From Tubulanus polymorphus (Eukaryota; Animalia; Nemertea), in the NCBI RefSeq assembly GCF_964204645.1, contig NC_134034.1:10118962-10182961 (forward strand): DNA of 64,000 nt, in the 5' to 3' direction. A model generated the notes under the pieces. That model saw nothing but the letters and a program-made list of their open reading frames with translations. It ran no database searches and was not told the origin of the DNA. Both the position numbers and the translations under genes were made by a program. Within the stretch, counting starts at the first letter, position 1. Each line of letters opens with the position of its first letter. Shown here one piece after another: positions 1-12,123 of the stretch.

Positions 1-10
1 GCGAAACCCT

Positions 11-69
11 CTCGTGCCGTTGCTGAGTCTAGCGTTGCCATTAGGTTCGAATCCCTGCCGGGGAGGTTG
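11..69 (+). mobile_element. MITE family B, terminal arm only
   Basis: CGTGCCGTTGCTGAGTCTAG..GCCATTAGGTTCGAATCCCTGCCGGGGAGGTTG matches the right end of 61301-61630. Confidence 0.7.
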
Positions 70-266
70 CGTGCGCGACAACTCCGGTAAAAATTGTCGA
101 CACAATTTGCTCGACACGCGAGTGCACACAAAAACGTATGCTACATGTATTAGCGTACGATGGATATTCTCCCAGGGTAGTCGAATAAAACGCTAATCGC
201 TAACCCTGTAGACGAATGAAGAACTCCCACGATAGAATTTCTATGATAATTAGAAAAAAATGAAAC

Positions 267-306
267 CTCCACGTTCCGGCTGTTCACTAGCCATCATCAG
301 GCGGAA
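267..306 (-). ncRNA. Degenerate hammerhead motif, inverted partner of 487-530
   Basis: Minus strand reads TTCCGC-CTGATGA-T-GGCT-AGTGAAC-AGCC-GGAAC-GTGGAG. GAAA is mutated and the cleavage triplet appears deleted. Confidence 0.5.
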
Positions 307-486
307 TGACCAGAAACGGAAGTCACAAGCACATAAACTCACAGGAAACTTACAGAAGCTATGTGTCAGAACATTGACTCTAAATTCGATTAAGAGTCCA
401 TGGTGAGAACTAATATGAACTAGCAATAAAAGCAACAAGGCGTAAAACCACAGGATTCTAAACGGCACTTCTGTTACTGATCAAAT

Positions 487-530
487 GCCGCCTGATGATG
501 GATGTTAGTCAACAGACGAAACGTTGTGGT
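487..530 (+). ncRNA. Minimal type I hammerhead ribozyme motif (Penelope-like-element type)
   Basis: Stem I GCCGC/GTGGT, core CTGATGA-T, stem II GGATGTT-AGTC-AACAGAC, then GAAA-CGTT. Confidence 0.65.
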
Positions 531-594
531 TTTAATAGATTATAATTACGGGGACGGGAATGGGGGTTGGGGTATTGACTATCAAAGGAGTAAT

Positions 595-932
595 GGGGAA
601 CCGCAACACCAGCGCTACCCCGGGCACTCAGTCTTGCGTTATCAAAATTAGTTCATTTTCAATGAAATTTAAACTGAATTCATAGGCTCTAGAATGCATA
701 TATCATCACAGGACCGACCAGATATTCAATAAATTCAATTTTCTACTCAGATATCGGTATTGTTTTCATTAAAAATTGATCTGTTTAAGAAATAGTTCAT
801 CTAATCAGTTTTCATTGAAATGTCGAATGAGAAATCAAACGCGGAAGACCGAGTAGCTACTAGCGACACCTGATGGATCCTCGCCTGCCATAAGTGGAAT
901 CCTCGATTGCCACAGGAGGTCGTAGGTTCCCG
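595..932 (+). mobile_element. MITE family C (about 335 bp, GGGGWACC termini)
   Basis: GGGGAACC...GGTTCCCG termini; internal similarity to copies at 6823, 17476, 38691 and 47739. Confidence 0.75.
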
Positions 933-2347
933 AATATCACGCAGAAGATTATTTCACCTGTCAGAGTTAGGCGTTAAGTGAAAACTATCATAATCATCGT
1001 CATCATGGTATTTCTAAAAGCTATTCAATGTGATACGTTAATCACAAAATTATCCCGACGGTAGTTAATAAATCGATAAATAGGTATAACACAACGGGAT
1101 GATAAGTATGCGCATTGATAACTGATAAGCGATAAATGATAATGCGAAAAATGGATGAGATATGTATATGGAAAATGATAACACCCTATAATAACCCCCG
1201 ATTATCTATCATATTGTGTCTACGACATTTCAACTCTAAGAGAAAACTTCGCGGAAAAACTATTTTGTGTGATTCAACAAAATGAAAGATTGATCTCAGT
1301 TCTACAGATGAGAATTAGGTTATTAAGACCAGTTCAAGTTTATTTTGGTCCCAAAATATGTTACAAGTTAAGACAGACAATATATAAACCTGTCTCTTCA
1401 GACTTAAGTCTGGAACCTGCGAGCAATCATCTCATGTTGTTAAGTTTCGCTGCAACGTCGAGATAATTGCTCGTAGTAGATGGAACCGACTCTCGGCGTA
1501 ACCGTACTATGATCGTACGATCATTCAATTTCTCGAGTTCTCTCATTGGTCGGTTCGTCTAAATACCTCGGGTATGATGGACCAATCAGATTAAGTAGTA
1601 TTTACATTTACCAGTAAAACACGGTTCTGAAAAAAGACTTTAAAATGGCCCATATTTTCACACAAAGGAATTTCAACTCCTCAAACGTATTAACAATCTT
1701 ATAATCTATCTGAGGGATTTGCGGAATATCCTCCGGATCCTGCACTTGCGATTGTACAAGCATATATACTTATTTACTTATGACACACTAAGATCTACGT
1801 TATCTATTATAATGTTTCACCTTTCCGAAGAAATCGATGATAAAACTGAACTGAGTGAGAAACTTAACTTGATATATATTAATCACAGCGCCGTTGATTC
1901 TCGCGATGCAGCCGTCGTAGTTGTGTCAAGGTCACGTCGGTGCGGCGTGTACAATTGACTCGAATCGATTGACTTAAATCGACTGTCGTTGCGGCGGAAA
2001 GTGATAGATAACGTCTGTTTCGGTAAACATCGATGAGTCTCAATAAATCGGTAATTGTTGGCGCGCGCGACAGGCGAAATTAACCGGGAGAGAGGTGGAG
2101 AGAGAGAGGAACGAATCAGTGCCGTGCGCGGATGTTTGAACCGTTTTTTTAACCGCGTGCCACTGACACTGGTTTTAAATAGTGACGAACGACGTTTCGA
2201 TCTATCATCATTGCCCCTCAGTCAATTTCGCCCGTTCATTAACGGGAATTATAGGCCCTACGATTAATCTTTTTCTTCCGGGCGTCGCCGGCGCCGAGCA
2301 GAACAGCACAGCCGACCCGATACGTACCAAGGCCTTTATCTTAATTA

Positions 2348-2528
2348 CAGTCAACCCCCGATATACTGCCCTCCCATATACCGCCACCCCACCTACCGCC
2401 AGGTTTTCTCAATGTACATCTCAATACGAATACATATCTAAACACTCCCGATATACTGCCATACTCTCTATATCGCCAAAATCATTCTGCACCGATGTGG
2501 GCGGTTTAGGAATAACGGGGGCTGAATG
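2348..2528. mobile_element. Tc1/mariner/pogo-type MITE with TA TSD
   Basis: TA|CAGTCAACCCCCGATAT...ATAACGGGGGCTGAATG|TA; TIR match 14/17; internal ATATAC(C/T)GCC repeats. Confidence 0.7.
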
Positions 2529-3661
2529 TACTTGGAGCACGGACTTTTTTCAAGAAAAACAATGGAGGGCGAAGGGGAAAAATGAAAATGAATTATCTTT
2601 TACAATAGGCGTTTTAAAATGGAAGGTCATAGATTAAAAATGATTTAATTATTCTTAAATGAAATAATTATTATAAAGTATTATTCTTCTTCTAATTATT
2701 ATTATCATAATAATTATTTTTTGTACTATTTGAGTATTTTCCACATAAGACCTCGGAAGGACTGCAGAAAAAAGAAGTGGAAATTGTGATTGAAAACATT
2801 ATCGTATCAGAATTAACAAAAATTAAAAACTTTCTTTTTGATTGAAAAATATTGTCATGAATACACTTCAAAGATGACTAGAAATATATACTCTTCCAAT
2901 TTGATGATTTTTGCGAATTCTGGAATCCGTACTCAAAGTAATTAAGAAAAAGGCGTTAAACGGCTGTTCGTTCGTTGGTGTTCGAAATTCATCCGTTTCT
3001 CGAACGACCGTTTCAGTCAACGGTTTCAGTTATTTGAATTTGAATACGAAATATCAGAAATGACTTTCTGCTAGCAGACTATTACGAGAGATTTCCCAGT
3101 AATCCTTTCGTTAAAATCGTCGTTCATATTTCTCCCGTTGCGCCGGACGATTAACGACGCGATTTGAGTTTGAATACGCGACCTCATTCGAAATGACGTC
3201 ACGCGTATTTATCTATCTAGTCGCGTTTCTCGCTGAGCGATTTGTGGTGTCCAGTTTCGCATGCTTATCCTTATCCCTGTACACCTTTGTTAACACTCTC
3301 GGGGATCAAAGAGAGATAGATGGCTATCATCGTTAACGTCAGATCAGCGCGCTAATCCGACCAGCGTCACTAATCCGACCGGCGAATTAGAGGCCACACT
3401 TTTGTTGTCGACTAAAAGCGGGTACATCAAGCATCAGCGATTAATTACATGTGTTCGACCCAAGGTCACGTTCGCTCCAGGTGAATTCGAGATGCCGTTG
3501 ACAGCTCGAATGACGTGTGCCCCGGTCGTCGTCTTGTCAAAATTCGGTCATCGTTCGCCTAATTTGACGCTATGTCTCATCTGAGTTCGACAATATTGTT
3601 GCAGTGGACAGTGTTAAGGAAATTTTTGTCTGGAATTTGTGGATCCGATTTGTAAACAAAC

Positions 3662-4217
3662 AGATTTGACTCCAGTTCCACAGTTTTGTACGGGTTTAGT
3701 TTGATTCTGGATCCAATTCCACAGTTTTGTGGATTTAATTTGACTCTGGATCCAGTTCCACAGTTGTGTGGGTTTAATTTGACTCTGGAACCAGTTCCAC
3801 AGTTTAATTGACTTTGGACATAGTTCCACAGTTGTGTAGGTTTAATTCGACACTGGATCCAGTTCCACAGTGTGTGTTTAATTTGACTCTGGATCCAGTT
3901 CCACAGTTGTGTGGGTTTAATTTGACTCTGGATCCAGTTCCACAGTGTGTGTTTGATTTGACTCTGGATCAAGTTCGACAGTTGTGTGGGTTTAATTTGA
4001 CTCTGGACCCAGTTCCACAGTTGTGTGGGTTTAATTTGACTCTGGATCCAGTTCCACAGTGTGTGTTTGATTTGACTCTGGATCCAGTTCCACAGTGTGT
4101 GTGTTTGATTTGACTCTGGATCAAGTTCGACAGTTGTGTGGGTTTAATTTGACTCTGGACCCAGTTCAAAAGTTGTGTGGGTATAATCTGACTCTGGATC
4201 CAGGTCCACAGGTTGTG
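3662..4217 (+). repeat. Minisatellite of 36-40-bp units (TTTGACTCTGGATCCAGTTCCACAGTTGTGTGGGTTTAA); other arrays at about 26850-27276 (-) and 37511-37880 (+)
   Basis: About 14 tandem units visible; explains the repetitive ORFs at 3577-4169. Confidence 0.9.
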
Positions 4218-5541
4218 TCAGTGACTAAGTTCTCGAGCTTACAATTTCTCTAGCTATGTCGGTAAATATAGTTGACATTTATACGAAACTGCATGGACAT
4301 GTAAACGTGGACATCGGAAAAAAACCCATAGTTTGATACAGAAAATAGCGTAACAGGAGCCGACACGGCGGTCCCTAGACGCCCGTTTAGATTATACTAA
4401 CCGCCTGTCAAGTCCGCCGTAAAAACCACCTTATCCAATAGCGCGGACATTTCTATCACCGCGGTTTCGTAACAATCGTAATACGATATTTCAACGCCCT
4501 GCCCGTTCTTTTTTTTAAAATAGTTTTTGCTCCTCGAAGTAAAAGACCTGTCCGTAGACGTTAGTTTTATCGCGTGTTACATAATTCGTAAGGGACAAAT
4601 TACGACATCACGGTCGAATAACGAACGCTGGCTGATGTCGTTGTCACCGCTCGTGGCATTTTATAATGTCAGATACCTATTTCTTTTCTAGAAAATCGAG
4701 CATATAATTTGGCCGGCTTCCAGTTTTTTTTCTAAAAACTGAAGGCAGTACTGACGGGGTCGGATTTCCGTGGCAGTTTCATCAACTCCCTAGCTTCTGA
4801 TTTTCCGTTTTTTTTCACATTTGAAACATCAAAGATTGTAGACACTGTATTTGTTTAGGTTATACTAAAGCATTGAGGTGAAGGCATAATTGGAACTATT
4901 CCATGTGCCGTTCTTTTTTCATATCGCGTTTCTCTCCACAAACGAGATGAGCGCAGAATGTCGGTTGTTGTTGATCTTGTATCAATAATCTTCGTCGCAG
5001 ATTCCACGAATTTTTGCGTTTCACTGTTTTGCTTTGATAGTTTGTGAACGTTATTCACCGAACGACCTTGACACGCGAGCGGTTTTGACCTTGTTAGCGT
5101 CTTTGCGAACGCGCCGCAGCTGTAGGGGGAGGGGGTTCACCAAGAACCCATGTGTCTGTTTAGTCGCTGCTCTGAAATCACAGCTGTGAGGGGAGGGGTT
5201 CATGTGTCGAGTGTTCTACAAGAGGAGGTTCACCAAAGAGGTATGTTCTAGCCATTGGTTTTAGCCTCCACATCTCTTCAGTGGATCGAAACACAAACAA
5301 TGATCGCGTCACACAACGGACCGATCAAGGGAAGGATTCCTTTACAGGGATAGCGCCATATATCCGAACCCAAATTAATTACACATCGTCGCCGACGTGT
5401 CTATGCTGACTGCCGCCCCAGTTGTTGTTAAGTTTCGCTGCACCGCGAGAAAACGTATGTCATCTCGTGGAATGGTTCTCGCTTATGCTGAAATTGTTGA
5501 CGCGCCAGCGCAGCGGAAAGTTCTCGGCCGCCGGCCCGGAA

Positions 5542-5907
5542 TCAGTGGCCGTGCCAGGCCGCCGACAGCACAACAGTCTTGCCGTAGTTTGATAGAGCGA
5601 GGCGATCGACCTTGAAACATTCGGGAAACGACGGACGAAATGCCCGCTTGAACCCATCGCCCATAAAACTATAGACGAAAGGATTCAAGCACGAGTTGGC
5701 GTATGAGAGTGTGTGAGCAAAGATTTTGAAGTTGTACGTGATCATGTTGCGCGGGAAATCCTCGCCTGCCAGCGCGAACCAAATCTGAAAGAAGTGGATC
5801 GGGAACCAACATATGGCGAACAGCGCGACGACGGTGGCCACCATTTTGGCCAGTTTCTTGCGATTGCGCAGTTGTATGTCGCGTGACTGCTGGTGCGTCT
5901 CGAGCGG
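5542..5907 (-). CDS. KISS1R: Kisspeptin-receptor-like GPCR, last coding exon (TM6, TM7, C-tail)
   Basis: Polypyrimidine tract and CAG acceptor at 5910-5908. Encodes PLETHQQ...RKKLAKMVATVVALFAICWFPIH...AHTLSYANSCLNPFVYSFMGDGFKRAF...WHGH*, with CWxP and NPxxY motifs. Confidence 0.92.
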   Translation of the reverse strand, partial: PLETHQQSRDIQLRNRKKLAKMVATVVALFAICWFPIHFFQIWFALAGEDFPRNMITYNFKIFAHTLSYANSCLNPFVYSFMGDGFKRAFRPSFPECFKVDRLALSNYGKTVVLSAAWHGH

Positions 5908-6014
5908 CTGAAAAAAATTGAAAAATTAAAAGTGAAACGTTTTCATTATATCACGAAAAAGCGAATGTTGAAATCACCACACCCCGAGAGTCAATGTTTT
6001 GTTCCACTCCCTGA

Positions 6015-6475
6015 GTTCTCACCACAGCTGTATGGGAATGGGGTTCACCAAGAACCCATGTGTCTGTTCTACTCATCGCTACTCTACCACCACAGCTGTG
6101 AGAAGAGGGATTCTCCAACAACCCATATGTCTGATCTACTCACTGCTCTCCCACCTCAGCTGTGAGGGGAGGGGGTTCACCAAGAACCATGTGTCTGTTC
6201 TACTCATCGCTACTCTACCACCACAGCTGTGAGAAGAGGGGTTCTCCAACAACCCATATGTCTGATCTACTCACTGCTCTCCCACCTCAGCTGTGAGGGG
6301 AGGGGGTTCACCAAGAACCATGTGTCTGTTCTACTCATCGCTACTCTACCACCACAGCTGTGAGAAGAGGGGTTCTCCAAGAACCCATATGTCTGGTCTA
6401 CTCACTGCTCTCCCACCTCAGCTGTGAGGGGGAGGGGGTCTACCAAGACCTAATCACTGCTCTCCCACCACAGCT
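6015..6475 (+). repeat. Minisatellite of about 65-bp subunits in a 131-bp dimer, filling most of GPCR intron 3; related copies at about 5118-5250, 43680-44005 (-) and 62740-62970 (-)
   Basis: TGTCTGTTCTACTCATCGCT recurs at 6061, 6192 and 6323; each subunit contains ACAGCTGTGAG or TCAGCTGTGAG. Confidence 0.85.
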
Positions 6476-6520
6476 CAGATACACGACACCGTTTGATATT
6501 CAAAGACAGATTTAACCTAC

Positions 6521-6759
6521 CTGGTGAACGTCGTTGTGGTTTGACCGGCCGTTCGAACTGCGTCGGTAAAACGTCATCAAGATGGCGGAATAGCAGACGA
6601 TGATGATCGATAATGGCAACACGTAGGTGATGACGACACTGGCTAGAACTTGTATTTTGTTGACGGCCGCAGACGGCCAAGCGGCCACGCAATACGTCTG
6701 CGAGTCCTCCCTCTTCAACACGTGGTAAACACCGTACGGTATTGACAACAGTAGCGAGA
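6521..6759 (-). CDS. KISS1R: Kisspeptin-receptor-like GPCR, coding exon 3 (TM4, ECL2, TM5, ICL3)
   Basis: CAG acceptor at 6762-6760, GTAGGT donor at 6520-6515, 239 nt, phase 1 to 0, in frame with exon 2. Encodes (I)SLLLSIPYGVY...TYCVAAWP...ITYVLPLSIIIVCYSAIL...DVHQ, with the ECL2 Cys and the TM5 YxLP motif. Confidence 0.92.
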
Positions 6760-6822
6760 CTGAAACAAGATAAAATTACCAATAGTTTTTTTTTTGTAGA
6801 CGAGAGTATTTATTGATTTCAT

Positions 6823-7160
6823 GGGGTATCGGCACCGATACTGTATGGCAGGCGATGATCCCACATCAATCCGCCAGGTTTGCTAGTGGCTACTGGGTAA
6901 CCGCGCTTCAATTTCTTTTACATTCGTATAAAAATTCGAATCAACTTTTTTGATTAGTAAATCAATTTTCAGTGAAATCTAAGCGATACATTGAGTGGGA
7001 AAGTGAATCTTGCATCTATTTAAGGCTCATTTGATGATATTCGGATTTGGAAGTCTTTCTAGGAATATCTGACTACGATTTCATCGAAAATGATACAATC
7101 TTTACTCTACGCTGAACCCAGTTTATTGTGGCACCATCTGGTGTTTGCCGCCGGTACCTC
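6823..7160 (-). mobile_element. MITE family C, AT target-site duplication (possibly ISL2EU/Harbinger-related)
   Basis: AT|GGGGTATCGGCACC...CCGGTACCTC|AT; reverse orientation; about 60 bp from the exon 3 acceptor. Confidence 0.75.
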
Positions 7161-7311
7161 ATATCAACTGAACAGGAGCTGTATTTAACTGGTATAAGAT
7201 GGATTGATCAGTTTGAGAAAACAGGCATCTACTGTGAAGGTTCGCTTATTGCATTAGTTAATTACGAGGTTTCAGACTTTTTATTAGCAAACATTTAATA
7301 AAAACTGATCG

Positions 7312-7735
7312 TCCACACTTCGCGTGTGTTCAGTATTTCACCTGAGACATTTATAATTGAAAATCAACTACAAACACCAGGCATAAGATATTTTATAAGC
7401 ACACTTTCAAAAAATGATCATCCGCACTTCACGTGTGTCCAGTGCTTCACCTGAGACATTTATAATTGAAAATGAACTACAAACACCAGGCATAAGATAT
7501 TTTATAAGCACACTTTCAAAAAATGATCATCCGCACTTCACGTGTGTCCAGTGCTTCACTTGAGACATTTTTAATTGAAAATGAACTACAAACACCAGGC
7601 ATAAGATATTTTATAAGCACACTTTCAAAAAATGATCATCCGCACTTCACGTGTGTTCAGTGCTTCACTTGAAACATTTTTAATTGAAATGAACTACAAA
7701 CGTTAGACATTAGATACTTCATCGGCACACTTTCA
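7312..7735 (+). repeat. 109-bp tandem repeat, about 3.9 copies
   Basis: TCCGCACTTCACGTGTG recurs at 7421, 7530 and 7639. Confidence 0.9.
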
Positions 7736-8979
7736 ATACGCTTTCAAACACTGCAATATCGCTCGAACGGTTGGCTCACTAAGCTACAGATTTACTCGCG
7801 CGTTGCGCGCGGAACTGTACGAATAAATTCCGAGAATTGCTCGTTAATTTCCGACGGAAACAACGAATGTAATCGAAATGAAAAAAAAAAAAACAAAAAC
7901 CAACACAGAATTCCAATTTAAACGACCGTTTAAGTTTAAAAGGAAATGCTCTTAGAATTGCAATTCAAATTCCAATTAGCGGTTTATGCGCGGTGAGGGA
8001 GGTAAAAAAATGCGCGCACGGCCGACGAATGCTCGGGTAAGTAGATAGTTTGAGCGTGTGTTATTGCTGCGACAGCGAGATTAGAAAAAAGCGAGAATCC
8101 TTGAATTGTTAGAGCTTCCCCGATTGACATTGTCAATTTCAACTTCCAACAGTTAGTAAAGCTAATAAAGAAACTGTTCAACTTCCCTGCTAATTTCATT
8201 CACAAACGCTGAATGTTTGAATACTGTTCAATGCTTACTCTAAATTTAGAAAGTTTAACAATCCCCAGTTTGATGATCCTTATCTAAATAAGTTCCATTT
8301 CTTATTCGTTTAAAACGATAAAGCACTATAAGAGCCTTGACCATTTTGGACTTGGGAAAATGGTTCCTCGCAAATTAGAAATAATCTTTTACTGGCTCAA
8401 ATCCAACTCTGGAATTCATGCTAGCATAAAATGGCTATTAAGATCTTCACCGTCAATTCGACGGCGGGCCTGAAAAATCTGGTAAAAATTCCGCGATTCA
8501 TCAAACATTCCCGGAAAATTACTGAAAATGCGGAACTCTCTCAATTTCTTTAAGATCTTGTGAAGTGAAATTTTCGATGGTTCTATAGCTGTGGCCTCGG
8601 TTTTATAGACTGTTATTATCTTAAACCCGGGGGCTAAACTAAATTCATTTTCAATCGATTTAAACCCCGGCTTAAAGGTAATAAATACCAGGCTATGAAA
8701 CCGACCCCTTATTTGAAATTAACTGATTTCAGCTCTTGAGTCAAATCCAATTTTGAAGTGAGGAACTTGGTCAGTTCTGTAGTAGTACATACTTCAACAC
8801 TTAAAAATGTAATATCTAAATGTAATATCTTTGGTTTGATAAGGTGTCCCTTACAAACCCACCACACATGCCGGTAACGAAACAGGGGGGTTGATTTAGC
8901 AGATGTGGGATTTTTGAGTTCTTCATTTATTTTGAATTTTCACGGTCTGATTTTATTCACATTTGCTAATCACACAACC

Positions 8980-9052
8980 GGTCCTGTGGCCCAATGGATA
9001 AGGCATCTGACTACGAATCAGGGGATTCCAGGTTCGAGTCCTGGCAGGATCG
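8980..9052 (+). tRNA. tRNA-Arg(ACG), in intron 2 of the GPCR, antisense to it
   Basis: 73-nt cloverleaf GGTCCTG...CAGGATCG, anticodon loop CTACGAA, B box GGTTCGAGTCC, T6 terminator at 9061-9066. Confidence 0.95.
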
Positions 9053-9848
9053 CGAGTATATTTTTTCGCTAGTCTTCATCTTTTTAAACGGGGATTTGAT
9101 TTTTATATGGGAGTACACGCTTGTGTGATCAGGTCGGCAAATCTTTTTTAAACCGTTGATCCTGAAAAATTTGAAGTATAATATAACTAGGTCTTAATTC
9201 CACGTGGAAAAGACGGCAATAACGAAATACGAAATTTGCGACGAAGATTCGCGGAATCAATAAAATCGATACATTTATTCATTCGAGAAATAAAAGAATT
9301 GACGTTCATTTTCCGAACAGCGCAGAACAGCAAGCTCTTTCTGATAAAAGTCTGATTTTATCATTTTCAACACGCAATCTGCGCTCTTCATTTTCAATTT
9401 GATATCAGACGACAACTATTAACTACGTCATAAAATTGAAGACAAATATCGTCGAGATCGTCTCGCAGCAGACGAGATGAGATCTGCTCGAAATCAACGG
9501 CGCTTTTTTCGCAAGTATTACATGAAAACCTAATTTATATCGTCGTCCTATCAAGGGCTCTTTTTTCTGAAGATAACAAACGCCGTCTGCCGTTCTGAGT
9601 TATGCAATTTGAACTGACTCAAAATCAGTTCATGTAATAACTTTTTGACTTTGAGACCAAATCGGTCCGCAAAACCAGCTACGGCGAGATTTTTCTAACA
9701 AAAAAAATAACAAAAAATAGGCCTATTATAACAAATTCTTGTAATCAGAGAATGATAAGGTATATATGTATTGATTGGGAATAGGCTATTTTGACAACCA
9801 GTCGTGACACCTGAGTGGTCACCTCCTGTAGCTGGTCACCACACTGGG

Positions 9849-10126
9849 CATCCTACCTCGGCCGGGATTCGAACCTGATCGCGTTGAGACTCGCATCGGT
9901 ACGCAACCCTGCCACACAAGACCGAGTGCGCAGCTACTCGCGCAGCTTAGATGATGTCTTTATCAGCCAATCAAAAATCCCGTTTTACTTTAGCCCGGGT
10001 TTTCCCATTTATAGTTGTTCCGTTCTCAGCGATTATACAACGAGCAATCTGATTGGTGACGCGAGTTGTGCCGCACATGTATCTGCGCACCCGGTCTAGT
10101 GTGGCAGGGTTTCATGCCGTGACTGA
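9849..10126 (+). mobile_element. MITE family B (TIRs with B-box-like motif), right end truncated
   Basis: CATCCTACCTCGGCCGGGATTCGAACCTG...ACCCTGCCACACAAGACCGAGTGCGCAG is inverted as CTGCGCACCCGGTCTAGTGTGGCAGGGT. Confidence 0.75.
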
Positions 10127-10552
10127 ATTCCCACTAACCTATCGAAGCCGCTCGCCTCTCTCTATCTCTCTTTCTCTTTAATCTTATCGATGTTCGATTT
10201 TTGAAGATCTAAAAACCGTCGTTTTACGTCTCATTTCGTTTTGATTCGTTCACGCGGAAAAAAGAATCCGAGCGCGCGAGGAAGCAGGAAGCAAACGATT
10301 CATTTTACCGTTAGAAATATCTTATCGGTAAAATTAATCATCGCAGCAGTTGTAGCGGTAGCGGCGGCAGCAGCGGCAGAATAACTCTGATAAATCTGAA
10401 CATTTCTGAAATTTAATTTTTCATCTGATGAACACGACCTCGATTCGACCATGAATATGCATGTAATTCTTCATCGGTCGTCTTTCATGACCTACCACGT
10501 GAAAATCCATTACATCGATCTGTGTATCTATGGCAAACGAGTAAAACATCTG

Positions 10553-10660
10553 GATCCAGTTTTGCAGTTGTGAGTTAGAGTTACCTCTGCGTTAAAATTA
10601 GTTCATTTTCAATGAGATAACTCAGGGTCAAATTTTAAGTCCGAACTGTGGAACTGGACC
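10553..10660. mobile_element. MITE family D (108 bp), CTG TSD, possibly PIF/Harbinger-type
   Basis: CTG|GATCCAGTT...AACTGTGGAACTGGACC|CTG; reverse complement of 40905-41012. Confidence 0.75.
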
Positions 10661-10737
10661 CTGTTTCACTGGCGATTTGGATGAATTACTTTTATCCATC
10701 TTCAGGTATCTGTTGCGCAGTCGTGACTCGAGCCTGG

Positions 10738-11307
10738 TTTTGGGCGGACAGGTTGCCGCTAAGCGGCCACCAGTCTATATATCTAGCCAATGGGATCGGT
10801 TGTATTGATAGATGAATCTGCAGGTGAAAAATCATCCTCACCCGCCAAGGGATTCGAACCCACTTCGCTAAAGCTGTTCCCCGAACCCCTTGACCTCACG
10901 AGTCGTCGGAGCCGTTACTAGCCGACCAGAATCTTCTGCTGGTTTTCCCGTTAAATGGACCAATCAGCGAACGTTTTACCGAACAAGGAAGTATTTCGCA
11001 AATCGATGTACTATGACGCCATGCGCAACAGCGCCAGTAATGAAATCACGCTTCGTGAAGCCTGGGGGCTGGTGGAAGCGAGTTCGGGAGTGATACCGGA
11101 CCCCTGGCAAGCGAGGATGGTGAAAAACAACGCATCTGATTGGCTTGATATATAGACTGGTGGCCGCCGAGCGGTGAACTGTCCGCCCAAGAAATCCTCG
11201 GCGGTGTAGGGTAGATGAAGGTTGACGACCGATGAAGGGTTTGCGGGCAGGGTTCGCGTTGGCGCAAGCTTCGGCGGGAGGTAATCAAACCTTGGCAAGC
11301 GAGGATG
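10738..11307. mobile_element. Foldback MITE family A (left arm truncated) containing a nested element
   Basis: TGGGCGGACAG..GCGGCCACCAGTCTATATATC..GCCAAT at 10741-10790 is inverted at 11130-11190; the right arm ends GGCAAGCGAGGATG at 11307. Confidence 0.75.
10833..11119. mobile_element. Nested CATCCTC-terminated MITE with about 9-bp TSD
   Basis: GTGAAAAAT|CATCCTCACCCGCCAAGGG...CCCCTGGCAAGCGAGGATG|GTGAAAAAC. Confidence 0.7.
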
Positions 11308-11921
11308 CTATCTACTTCATATTTCTATCGCGGTTATCACTCAAGGATAACCGAACTCTGATACCTTCATCTACATACACACGCGAACATTATACTGTGG
11401 CGTTCAATCACCTCGCGTCGAGCTCCGATCCGACTTGATTAAGTATTTATATATTTATATTTATTCGCTCGTAAATTGCGACGGTCGCGTTACTCGCGGC
11501 TACAAATTGAATAAAATTGAATTAAACACCCATCGATGTAGGTGGTAGTTTTATTGATATAGGCCTAAACCGTACGTACTTAGCGATAATGCGTCGTATA
11601 TGTAAAGCGTCCCTTTAAACACGCGTCAATTATCTATTCATCAATTCTATCGATTTTCTGAATCCCCGACGCCATTTTGTGATCGTCCTTTTCTCTCGGG
11701 ATTATATTAGACAAAATCTGGGCAGAAACTAGTTCAATGTCAGGTCGAAAGTTAGATATGACCGGTCGAAATTTGTTCATTCCTTACTATTCAAGAACTT
11801 AAGAACTTGGTTCCTCAGTTGAAAACTGGGTTTGTTACTAGAGCCAAAATTATTTCTATTTTGCGATCGTCCATTTTGCGCACTCACCCGGGGATCGAAC
11901 CCGAATCGAATATACTTAACG

Positions 11922-12123
11922 TACTATTTCAGTACTTTGTAAATTCAATAGTTTAGCATAAAAGCCGTTATTAGTACATATTCATGAATAGTCTAATTGT
12001 TACGCATATGCGAAAGAATGTACGTTGGCCGAAACGCATATGCGTTACAATTAGAATTCATGAATATATACAAATAACAGCTTTGTTGCTGAACTATTGA
12101 ATTTGCAAAATTCCAAAATAGTC
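11922..12123. mobile_element. AT-rich foldback element (about 200 bp)
   Basis: Imperfect inverted arms of about 90 bp (AAATTCAATAGTT..TTCATGAAT..CTAATTGT.ACGCATATGCG) around a 22-bp loop. Confidence 0.65.

Noticed and set aside
5758-5771. 14-mer ATCCTCGCCTGCCA in the last GPCR exon, identical to the MITE motif at 877-890
   Set aside because: It lies in frame within ordinary ECL3 coding sequence (LAGED) with no extended similarity; a post hoc short match best treated as chance.
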